A stretch of DNA of 64,000 nt, taken from NCBI GenBank assembly GCA_050485305.1, contig JBJHBD010000001.1:7681-71680 (forward strand), read 5' to 3'. The position numbers were made by a program, and so were the translations under genes. The notes under the pieces were generated by a model, which saw only the letters and a list, made by a program, of their open reading frames with translations, ran no database searches and was not told the origin of the DNA. Position 1 is the first letter of the stretch, and the number at the start of each line of letters is the position of its first letter. This document shows positions 56,405 through 64,000 of the stretch, in pieces. This DNA comes from Gemmatimonadota bacterium (GTDB lineage: Bacteria > Gemmatimonadota > Gemmatimonadetes > Longimicrobiales > Gaopeijiaceae).

Positions 56405-57676
56405 GTGCTGTCCCTCCCCTTCGAACGCCATCGCCTGAAAAACGGGCTCATCGTCATCCTTGCTCCCGATCCCGCCGTCCCCGTGGTAGCGGTGAACCTC
56501 TGGTACAATGTGGGGAGTCGGAACGAACGCTCGGGGCGCACCGGATTTGCCCATCTCTTCGAGCATATGATGTTCCAGGGGTCTGCGAACGTCCCGAAGA
56601 ACCACCACTTCGAGCTGGTGGAGCGGGCCGGAGGGTCGCTCAACGCCAGCACCTGGTTCGATCGGACGAACTACTACGACACCCTCCCCTCCCACTTCCT
56701 GGATCTGGCCCTCTGGCTCGAGTCGGATCGGATGGGGTGGCTCCTCCCGGCCATGACGGAGGAGAAGCTGGAAAACCAGCGGGACGTGGTGCTGAACGAA
56801 CGGAGCCAGCGTTACGACAACCAGCCCTACGGGGACTGGGATGAGCGTATACAGGCCCTCGTCTTCCCTGACGACCACCCCTATCGGCACACGGTGATCG
56901 GGTCCCGGGAGGACATCGCTTCCGCGACCCTGGAAGATGTGGAGGCCTTCTTCCGGACCTACTACCTCCCCAACAACGCCGTCCTCACCCTCGCCGGGGA
57001 CATCGATCCTGCGGCGGCGTTGGACCGGGTGGAGCACTGGTTCGGGGCGATCCCTCCCGGCCCTCCGCCCCCACCCATCCCCGGGCGGTCCGATCCGGGG
57101 GCGGTCATCGGCGAAACGGTCCGGGAGGTGGTGCGGGCGAAGGTTCCCCTCCCCCGGGTCTACCTGGCCGCCCGAATCCCTCCCATCACCGATCCGGAGT
57201 TCTATGTGGCCGATGTGGCCACCTCCCTCCTCTCGGACGGGCGAGCCTCGCGCCTCTACCGCCGGCTGGTGCGGGAGCGGAAGGTAGCGAAGGACGCCAA
57301 CGCCTACGCCTTCCCCCTCACCACGGGGCGAACCTTCTTCCTCGCCTGGATCACCGGGTACCCGGGGGCCGATCCCCGAGAGATGGAGGCGGCGCTGAGT
57401 GGAGAACTGGAGGAGTTGGCGAGTGCCGATACCCGAGAGGTGGAGCGGGCCGTCGCCCTCGCGGAGACCCAACTCCTCCGACAGACGGAGCAGCTCGCTT
57501 CAAGGGCCGACCTCCTCTCCATGTACCAGCAGACCTTCGGCGATCCCGGGCGGCTCCGGGATGAGGTGGAGCGCCTTCGAGCCGTGACGCCGGAGCAGGT
57601 CCATCGCTTTGCCGAACGCTACCTGGGTCCGGACAACCGGGCTCTTCTCCACTACCTCCCCGAGGAGGAGGGCTGA
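56405..57676 (+). CDS. M16-family zinc peptidase, catalytic subunit
   Basis: Inverted zinc motif HLFEH in GFAHLFEHMMFQG. The start is assigned to GTG 56405, the first start after the upstream stop, and is uncertain. Confidence 0.88.
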   Translation: MLSLPFERHRLKNGLIVILAPDPAVPVVAVNLWYNVGSRNERSGRTGFAHLFEHMMFQGSANVPKNHHFELVERAGGSLNASTWFDRTNYYDTLPSHFLDLALWLESDRMGWLLPAMTEEKLENQRDVVLNERSQRYDNQPYGDWDERIQALVFPDDHPYRHTVIGSREDIASATLEDVEAFFRTYYLPNNAVLTLAGDIDPAAALDRVEHWFGAIPPGPPPPPIPGRSDPGAVIGETVREVVRAKVPLPRVYLAARIPPITDPEFYVADVATSLLSDGRASRLYRRLVRERKVAKDANAYAFPLTTGRTFFLAWITGYPGADPREMEAALSGELEELASADTREVERAVALAETQLLRQTEQLASRADLLSMYQQTFGDPGRLRDEVERLRAVTPEQVHRFAERYLGPDNRALLHYLPEEEG

Positions 57677-59034
57677 TGGCCATCCTGGATCGCACCCGCC
57701 CCCCCGAGGCGGGACCCCTGCGCCCCTTCCACCTCCCGATTCCCGCGACGGGGAAGCTGGAGAATGGGCTCCGAATCCGTTCCATGAAGCGCTCCCAGGT
57801 CCCCCTGGTGAGCGTCTGTCTCGTCCTGGATGCCGGTGAGACCGGGGTGGCGCCGGGCTCCGAAGGGATTGCCGTCCTCGCAGGCGACGCCCTCCAGGGG
57901 GGAACCACCCGCCGTAGCGGGGTCGACTTCGCCGAGGCCATGGAGCGGCTCGGGACGGCCATTCGCGTCTCCACCGGGTGGGACGCCACCACGCTGACCT
58001 TCACCTGCGTGGCCGAGCGCCTCGACGAGGTCCTGGCACTGGGGGCCGAAGCGGTTCGCCATCCCCTCTACCCCGAGGATGAGGTGGAGCGGGTCCGGGC
58101 CCAGCGACTGGCGGCCATCCGCCAGCGGAAGATGGAGCCAGGGCAGATCGCCGACGACTGGCTGGATCGGGTCGTCTTCCGGGAAGATCACCCCTATCAC
58201 CGACCCCTTTCCGGGACGGAAGGGTCGGTGGGGGCCTTTTCTCTCGAGGGGGTACGGGGGTTCGCCCGGGAGTCGTACACCCCCAATCGGGGCGGGGTGG
58301 CGGTGGTGGGCGACCTGGATCCCTCCGAGGTGGAGGCGCTCACGGAACGCTACTTTGGCGAGTGGGACGAGCCGTATCCGGGGCGCCGCTCCCTGGGTCT
58401 GGCCCAGGGGCCGGTTTCCCGCAGGGTCGTCATCGTCCATCGCCCGGGAGCCGTTCAGTCCGAACTCCGCATCGGCCACCCGGCACCGGCTCGCGGGCAC
58501 GAAGCCGAGACGGCGATTCGTGTCGCCAATTCCATCCTGGGGGGCTCCTTCTCCAGCCGCCTCAACCTGAACCTCAGGGAGCGGCACGGCTTCACCTACG
58601 GGGTCAGCTCCCGCTTCGCCTTTCGACGGCATGGGGGAGCCTTCACGGTGCGCACCGCCACCGCTACCGAGGTGACGCCGGCGGCGCTGGAAGAAACCAT
58701 GACGGAGCTGGCGAACTTCCAGGAGGATGGGCCTACCGGGGAGGAAGTGGCGCGGGCTCGCGACTACCTGGCCGGAGTCTTCCCCCTCCAGATGGAGACC
58801 ACGGCTCAACTCGCGTCCCGGCTGGCCGAACTCCTCATCTTCGACCTCCCCGACAACTACCATGTGGAGGCCAGGGAGCGCATTCGGGGGGTGGGGGTGG
58901 AGGCGGCCGCTGCTGCGGCGGCTCAGCACATTCGCGTGGACGATGCCGCGGTGGTGGTGGTGGGAGACGCGGAGGTCCTTCAGGGGCCGGTGGAGGCGCT
59001 GGGTCTTGGAGCGGTGGAGGTGGTGGATCCCTGA
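57676..59034 (+). CDS. M16-family peptidase-like protein lacking the HxxEH motif (non-catalytic partner)
   Basis: The ATG overlaps the upstream TGA. The fold is M16-like by length and conserved segments, but there is no HxxEH motif. Confidence 0.85.
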   Translation: MAILDRTRPPEAGPLRPFHLPIPATGKLENGLRIRSMKRSQVPLVSVCLVLDAGETGVAPGSEGIAVLAGDALQGGTTRRSGVDFAEAMERLGTAIRVSTGWDATTLTFTCVAERLDEVLALGAEAVRHPLYPEDEVERVRAQRLAAIRQRKMEPGQIADDWLDRVVFREDHPYHRPLSGTEGSVGAFSLEGVRGFARESYTPNRGGVAVVGDLDPSEVEALTERYFGEWDEPYPGRRSLGLAQGPVSRRVVIVHRPGAVQSELRIGHPAPARGHEAETAIRVANSILGGSFSSRLNLNLRERHGFTYGVSSRFAFRRHGGAFTVRTATATEVTPAALEETMTELANFQEDGPTGEEVARARDYLAGVFPLQMETTAQLASRLAELLIFDLPDNYHVEARERIRGVGVEAAAAAAAQHIRVDDAAVVVVGDAEVLQGPVEALGLGAVEVVDP

Positions 59035-59274
59035 CCATACGGTGAACTGAGGGTCCTCTCCGCCGATTTGCCTCGGGGTGTCCACATTCCACCCCCCTGG
59101 ATCGTCCACTTCAGGGGACAGCGATCCCGTCCACGACGGGGGCACCCCGGGAAATCGCGCGGATTTCCACCCGTTCCAGGTCTGGTACGGATCCTGCAAC
59201 TGTTTCGGAGCAGAGTTCCCCGACGGAACTCGGCCCGACGGAGAGGCCGCCTCTCCGGACTCAGGAGGAGACCC

Positions 59275-59925
59275 ATGTTCGCCAGAGCGACGCGGAAAAC
59301 CGAGGCCACCCACCCGCCGGACTCTGCCCGGAGCTTCCGGAAAGAGCTGAAGAGCCTCACCGACAGCGAGGTCGTTCAGAGCTTCCTGGACGGGGAGTCA
59401 CGGGCCTTCGGGGAGCTGGTGAGCCGATACGACGGCCGTCTGCTCAACTTCGTCTACCGCACGGTCGGTGACCGGGAGCGGGCCCAGGATCTGGTTCAGG
59501 AAACCTTCGTCCGGGTCTACCGGCACCTGCATCGCTTCGACCAGACCAAGAAGTTCTCCACCTGGATCTACACCATCGCCGGGAACCTCGCGAAGAACGA
59601 ACTTCGGAACCGGTCCCGGAACCCCCTGGTTCTCTTCCAGACCATCAAGAAGAACTGGGATGCGGACCATCGCCCGCTGGAATGGGAAGATGAGTCGCTC
59701 AAGCCCGATGATCTCTTCCGGAAGCGCCACCTCCGGGAGATGGTGGAGAAGGCCGTTCAGGAGCTTCCCGAGCATCACCGTATCGTCTTCGTCCTCCGGG
59801 AGCTGGAGGGGAAGACCTACGAAGAAATCGCCGAGATCACCGACACGAACCTCGGCACGGTGAAGAGCCGGCTGAACCGCGCCAGGAATAACTTCGCGCG
59901 GGTCATCGCTCCCATGATCGACTGA
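59275..59925 (+). CDS. ECF-type RNA polymerase sigma-70 family factor
   Basis: The ATG at 59275 follows AGGAGGAG. It has region 2 (DLVQETFVRVYRHL...WIYTIAGN) and region 4 (TYEEIAEITDTNLGTVKSRLNRAR). Confidence 0.9.
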   Translation: MFARATRKTEATHPPDSARSFRKELKSLTDSEVVQSFLDGESRAFGELVSRYDGRLLNFVYRTVGDRERAQDLVQETFVRVYRHLHRFDQTKKFSTWIYTIAGNLAKNELRNRSRNPLVLFQTIKKNWDADHRPLEWEDESLKPDDLFRKRHLREMVEKAVQELPEHHRIVFVLRELEGKTYEEIAEITDTNLGTVKSRLNRARNNFARVIAPMID

Positions 59926-59980
59926 CGACTCCCCGAACGCCGGGTCGCGACCTCGCCCCCCACGCGGGTCCGCCGGCCAG

Positions 59981-60019
59981 CCCCCCACCGGTCCTGCCGG
60001 TCGGGGGGCGATTCGTTTC
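59981..60019 (+). terminator. terminator-like hairpin between the sigma and anti-sigma genes
   Basis: CCCCCCACCGG-TCCTG-CCGGT(C)GGGGGG (11 bp, one bulge) followed by CGATTCGTTTCG. The U-tract is only moderate. Confidence 0.5.
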
Positions 60020-60114
60020 GGGAACCTGGACCCCCTTCCTGCCGTACAACCCCGTGCTGGTCGGTATGGGACCGACCGGTCACGAACCGTGGGACCGCAG
60101 GGAGAGCGCCGGAC

Positions 60115-60666
60115 ATGACCTGTTCCGAGTTCCTGGCCCACTTCTCCGAATTCTCCGATCAGGAGACCCCGGAGGAGGCCAGAGCCCCCTTCGACGCCCA
60201 CCTCCAGGGCTGCCCCTCCTGTCGCCGATACAAGGAGGTTGTGGAGCGGGGGGTGGAGCTTCTCCGTTCCCTCCCGCCGGCTCCCTTCCCGGATGACTTC
60301 CGGGATCGGGTCCGGCACTCCATCTACTGGGAGGACGAACTTCGGCGCAGGAAACGGATGGCCCGCACCGGATCGGGGTTCGGTGCCATGTCGCTGGTAG
60401 CGGCGGTGACCATCGTTTCGGCGGTGGTGGCGACCCCCTTCGTTCTTTCCTCCACCCCGTCGGTGGATCTCCCCGCCATCGTGGCCGCCCCTCCCATGGG
60501 AGGCGGGTCTCTCTCTTCGGCCTCCACCGGCAGCCCCCGCGCGGTTCCGGTAAACGCTCCTCATCTGGAGTTGGAGGATGGGTCCCGTCTTCACCCCCTC
60601 CTTCGGGAGATCACCCCCCCCTCCCGCTTCCCCGAGGGAGCACTCATCCGGACGGGGTTCGATTGA
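60115..60666 (+). CDS. anti-sigma factor (zf-HC2 type) with one transmembrane helix
   Basis: N-terminal H-x3-C-x2-C motif (HLQGCPSCRRY), a TM segment (AMSLVAAVTIVSAVVATPFVL) and a GGGAGAG RBS. Confidence 0.75.
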   Translation: MTCSEFLAHFSEFSDQETPEEARAPFDAHLQGCPSCRRYKEVVERGVELLRSLPPAPFPDDFRDRVRHSIYWEDELRRRKRMARTGSGFGAMSLVAAVTIVSAVVATPFVLSSTPSVDLPAIVAAPPMGGGSLSSASTGSPRAVPVNAPHLELEDGSRLHPLLREITPPSRFPEGALIRTGFD

Positions 60667-60679
60667 CCGGGAAGGGGTC

Positions 60680-61687
60680 GTGATTCCAAGCGGCTTTCGA
60701 CCTCGCCTGGGAGACACCCCCGGCGGCGTCTTCTACCTCCACGGGGAGGACGAGTTCGGGAAGGAGGAAGCGGCACGGGCTCTTCTGGAATCCCATGTGG
60801 ATCCGGGTACCCGGGACTTCAATCTGGATTTCCTCCGGGGATCCGATGTCGATGCCGAGCGCCTGGCTTCCGTTCTGGGGACACCGCCCATGATGGCGGA
60901 GTGGAGGGTGGTGCTCCTGCGCGAAACCGAGGCGCTGGCCGGATCCCCTCGGGCGCGGGACGCCCTCCTCGACGTGGTGCGAAACCCACCGCCGGGGCTG
61001 GCCCTCATCCTCATGTGTTCGGTTCCCGAACGTTCGGCGGCGAAGTTCTACAAGGAGCTGGAGAAGGGTGCGCGGGCACTGGAATTTCGCGCGGTGGGCT
61101 CCAACGACCTCCCCGGGTGGATTCTGGCGCGGGCTCGTGAGCACTTCAACCGAGAGATGGAGGAAGAAGCCGCGCGGGCCATCGCCGCCGCCGTCGGCAC
61201 AGACCTGGCGGTGGTAGTGCGTGAGCTGGAGAAGCTCCACACCCTCGCCGACGAGGGCGAAACTCTTACCCTGGAGCATGTAAAAGCTACGGGGACCCGA
61301 ATCCCCCGCCAGGACCGGTGGGAGTGGTTCGACCTGGTGGGGGAACGCCGATTCCGGGAGGCGCTCTCCGGGCTCCCCATCCTCCTTCAGCATGGCGAAT
61401 CCGGGGTGGGGCTGACCCTTGCGCTGGGGACCCACCTCCTCCGACTCGGGTTGACGGTGGCGGGTGGTCCGGGGGCGCTGGAGGAAGCTCTTCCGAGACA
61501 CCAGAAGTTCCTGGCCCGAAGGTACATGGGGCAGGCCCGGAAGTGGACGCTGGACGAGGTGGAGGAGGCTCTCGAGGAGCTCCTGAAGGTGGATCGGCTC
61601 CTCAAGGCCTCCGGGTTCTCGGATCGGCACCTCCTGGAGAGCTGGCTCCTGGCACGGCTCGCCGGGGGTGGGGAGGTGGCGGCATGA
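60680..61687 (+). CDS. holA: DNA polymerase III delta subunit
   Basis: GTG at 60680, the first start after the upstream stop. The N-terminus VFYLHGEDEFGKEEAARAL and the overall length and helical C-terminal domain fit HolA. Confidence 0.82.
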   Translation: MIPSGFRPRLGDTPGGVFYLHGEDEFGKEEAARALLESHVDPGTRDFNLDFLRGSDVDAERLASVLGTPPMMAEWRVVLLRETEALAGSPRARDALLDVVRNPPPGLALILMCSVPERSAAKFYKELEKGARALEFRAVGSNDLPGWILARAREHFNREMEEEAARAIAAAVGTDLAVVVRELEKLHTLADEGETLTLEHVKATGTRIPRQDRWEWFDLVGERRFREALSGLPILLQHGESGVGLTLALGTHLLRLGLTVAGGPGALEEALPRHQKFLARRYMGQARKWTLDEVEEALEELLKVDRLLKASGFSDRHLLESWLLARLAGGGEVAA

Positions 61688-62502
61688 GGGGGGGAGTGGT
61701 AGTGGGCGCGCTTCTCGCCCTGGTGGCGACCACCTCACCGACGACGGTGGAGGCGCAGATCGCCGAGTTGAACCGCGCCTTCGCCCTCGTGGAGGCCGGC
61801 GGGCTCGATGAGGCCCGGGATGTGGTGGGGGGGTGGTGGGAAGCAAACGCCACCGGGGGGACCCGCCAGGAGCAGGAGCTGGCGCTCTGGCTCCGGGGAC
61901 TTCTCACCATCGATCCGGATCTCGCCGAGCGCGACTACCGCCGGATCGTCCTGGAGTTTCCCGGGAGCCGCTTCGCCGACGAAGCGCTGGTACGTCTCGC
62001 CCATCTTTCGGAAGCGCGGGAAGATCCGGAGGCGGCCCGGCGACATCTGGAGATCCTCCTTCGGGACTATCCCCAGAGCCCCCACCGGGTCGAGGCGCGA
62101 GCCCGACTGGCCCGACTCCCGACGGATGCCTCGCCACCTCCGGATGTGACGGAAGCGGCGGAGGTGGCGGATGCACCACCCACCGAGGCGCCTCCGGTCG
62201 AGCGCCTCCCCGAACGGCCTCCCGTGGACGATCCTCCGGTGGAGAGTTCCCCCCCCCTCCCATATGCCATACAATTGGGAGCCTTCTCGACTCTTGAGAG
62301 AGCCCGATCATTGGCCGAGGAGGTTCGCGGGCGAGGGTATGAGGTTCGAGTGGTGCAGGTGGAGGGGAGTGCCCTGGTCCGGGTTCGGATGGGTGCGTTT
62401 CCCACCCGACCCGACGCCGAAGAGGTGGCCCGGGCGCTGAGAGGGCTGGGACTGGAGGCGGTGGTCTCGTCCGACCGTGAACGTGAAGGAGAGGTCCGTT
62501 GA
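61684..62502 (+). CDS. SPOR-domain protein with N-terminal TPR-like region
   Basis: The ATG overlaps the holA stop (ATGA). It has a signal peptide, a Pro-rich linker and a C-terminal SPOR domain (YAIQLGAFSTLERARSLAEEVRGRGYEVRVVQ...VRMGAF). Confidence 0.8.
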   Translation: MRGGVVVGALLALVATTSPTTVEAQIAELNRAFALVEAGGLDEARDVVGGWWEANATGGTRQEQELALWLRGLLTIDPDLAERDYRRIVLEFPGSRFADEALVRLAHLSEAREDPEAARRHLEILLRDYPQSPHRVEARARLARLPTDASPPPDVTEAAEVADAPPTEAPPVERLPERPPVDDPPVESSPPLPYAIQLGAFSTLERARSLAEEVRGRGYEVRVVQVEGSALVRVRMGAFPTRPDAEEVARALRGLGLEAVVSSDREREGEVR

Positions 62503-63071
62503 AGGGACAGCGAGGTTCCGCCCGGCCGTGGGATGTGGTACTGGCCGACGACAATGACGATCACGCGCTCCTCATCCAGATGTCGCTGGAGCGGGTGGCG
62601 CCCATGCCCCTGAACATCCGGCGGGCTCGGAATGGGGATGAGGCGGTGGAAATGGTGGAAGCCTCTCCTCCCAACCTCCTTCTCCTGGATCTGAACATGC
62701 CCGGACGTTCCGGTCATGAGGTGCTGGAGCGGCTCAAGGGTGACGACCGATTCCGGCGCGTTCCGGTGGCGGTGCTCACCTCCTCGGATCGGGACGAGGA
62801 TGTGGCGGAGAGCTATGGCCTCGGGGGGAACCACTTCATCACGAAGCCGGGGGACCCCTTCGAGCTGGATCGGCGCCTCGCCTCCCTCTTCCGCAACCTC
62901 AAGGAGCTGGAGGACATCAAGCGGGGGGCAGGGGGAATCCGGGCCACCGCCGCCGCGGCGGAACGGGCGGGGAGCTACACCTTCAAGCGGATCCTTCCGG
63001 TCATCATCTTCACCATCCTCCTGGCCGCTCTCCTGGTCTGGGCGTGGCAGTCGGGGATTCTGGCGAACTGA
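62499..63071 (+). CDS. single-domain response regulator with C-terminal transmembrane helix
   Basis: The TTG start overlaps the upstream stop. It has a canonical receiver (DDNDD, LLLLDLNMPG, LTSS, ITKP) followed by ILPVIIFTILLAALLVWAW. Confidence 0.8.
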   Translation: MKGQRGSARPWDVVLADDNDDHALLIQMSLERVAPMPLNIRRARNGDEAVEMVEASPPNLLLLDLNMPGRSGHEVLERLKGDDRFRRVPVAVLTSSDRDEDVAESYGLGGNHFITKPGDPFELDRRLASLFRNLKELEDIKRGAGGIRATAAAAERAGSYTFKRILPVIIFTILLAALLVWAWQSGILAN

Positions 63072-63141
63072 CCTCTCCAGGTTGCCCCAAACTCCTCCCG
63101 GGCCCTACTCTCCCTCCCTTCACCCATAACCGGAGGGAGGA

Positions 63142-64000
63142 ATGCTCGCACGTCGTGCGCTTTCGTTGTTCGTTGTCGGAGTCCTCGTAGCCTGCGGGGT
63201 CGATGCCCCCGATCCCCCGTCGGAGGTGGCCGGCATGACGGAAGAGGAGATCGTGGAGCGGGCCCGGACCATCCACGATCGTGTCATCACCCTCGACACC
63301 CACGTGGACATCCCCTTCACCTTCGGTACCGACGAGGTGGATCCGGGGGAGCGGGGACGGTTCCAGAACGACCTGCCGAAGATGCGGGAGGGCGGGCTGG
63401 ATGCCGCCTTCTTCATCGTGTATCACGGGCAGGGGGAGCGGACCCCGGAGGCGTACGCCGAGGCCCTGGAGCGGGCCATGATGAAGTTCACCGGGATCCG
63501 GCGGATGGCATACGAGCTCTACCCGGACCAGATCGAGCTGGCGTACACCGCAGCCGACGTGGTGCGCATTCACGGGGAGGGGAAGCTGGTGGCCCTCATC
63601 GGCGTGGAGAACGCCTACCCCATCGGGGAAGATCTCTCTCTTCTGGAGGAGTTTTACCGGTTGGGGGCCCGTTACGTCTCCCTCACCCACAATGGCCACT
63701 CCCAGTTCGGGGACTCCGCCAACGAGGCGCCCCGCCTGGGCGATGACGGCCCCCTCTGGGGCGGGCTCTCCGACCTGGGGCGCGAGGCGGTGGCGGAGCT
63801 GAACCGCCTGGGGATCATGGTGGACGTCTCCCACAACGCGCGTTCCACCATGATGGAGATCGCGTCGCTGTCGCGAGCGCCCATCATCGCGTCCCACTCC
63901 AACGCCATGGCGGTGACCGAGCACCCCCGGAACCTGGATGACGAACAGCTCCGGGCCATCGCGGACGGGGGCGGGGTGGTGCAGACCACGGCGCTGGGGG
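63142..64000 (+). CDS. membrane dipeptidase (peptidase M19 family) lipoprotein, 3'-truncated by the window edge
   Basis: Not in the ORF track because it runs off the window, so I translated it by hand. The ATG follows GGAGGGAGG. It has lipobox LVACG and the segments ITLDTHVDIP, IGVENAY, YVSLTHNGHSQFGDS and VDVSHN. Confidence 0.88.
   Translation, partial: MLARRALSLFVVGVLVACGVDAPDPPSEVAGMTEEEIVERARTIHDRVITLDTHVDIPFTFGTDEVDPGERGRFQNDLPKMREGGLDAAFFIVYHGQGERTPEAYAEALERAMMKFTGIRRMAYELYPDQIELAYTAADVVRIHGEGKLVALIGVENAYPIGEDLSLLEEFYRLGARYVSLTHNGHSQFGDSANEAPRLGDDGPLWGGLSDLGREAVAELNRLGIMVDVSHNARSTMMEIASLSRAPIIASHSNAMAVTEHPRNLDDEQLRAIADGGGVVQTTALG

Noticed and set aside
59225-59260. GGAAC motif upstream of the ECF sigma gene as an autoregulated ECF promoter
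   Set aside because: No CGTC-like -10 element lies at the appropriate spacing, and the GGAAC is part of a hairpin stem (GAGTTCC/GGAACTC).

Overview
Visibly GC-rich (about two-thirds G+C by eye, not computed), gene-dense bacterial chromosome segment. I call about 56 protein genes, often translationally coupled through ATGA/GTGA overlaps, plus RNase P RNA (rnpB), tRNA-Lys(CTT) and tRNA-Arg(CCG). The content is mostly housekeeping and envelope functions. It includes two SusC-like TonB-dependent receptors, each followed by a dedicated lipoprotein, and many other lipoproteins. It also includes two-component systems, CstA, cyclophilin/MsrB, a glutaryl-CoA catabolic module and a P1B-4 metal ATPase. 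Further genes are a split MacAB-type efflux pump, ArgJ, a cupredoxin, an M16 peptidase pair, an ECF sigma/anti-sigma pair, holA and a SPOR protein. The gene repertoire resembles Gemmatimonadota-like genomes, but that is inference only. I see no integrase, transposase, CRISPR array, phage genes or recognisable defence system, so the window looks like core genome rather than an accessory island. The most unusual structure is the non-coding rnpB / tRNA-Arg locus (43.2-44.1 kb). It holds a disrupted second tRNA-Arg copy, a small hairpin family with a conserved core and differing outer stems, and two perfect 75-bp tandem units that each restart with the 3' end of the tRNA. Other leads are modest: a probable AUC start codon, an Arg-rich uORF before argJ, a pseudo-receiver kinase, a tail-anchored response regulator, and uncharacterised receptor-lipoprotein pairs. 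The ORF track contains many long opposite-strand or alternative-frame ORFs that are typical GC-rich shadow frames, and I rejected them.
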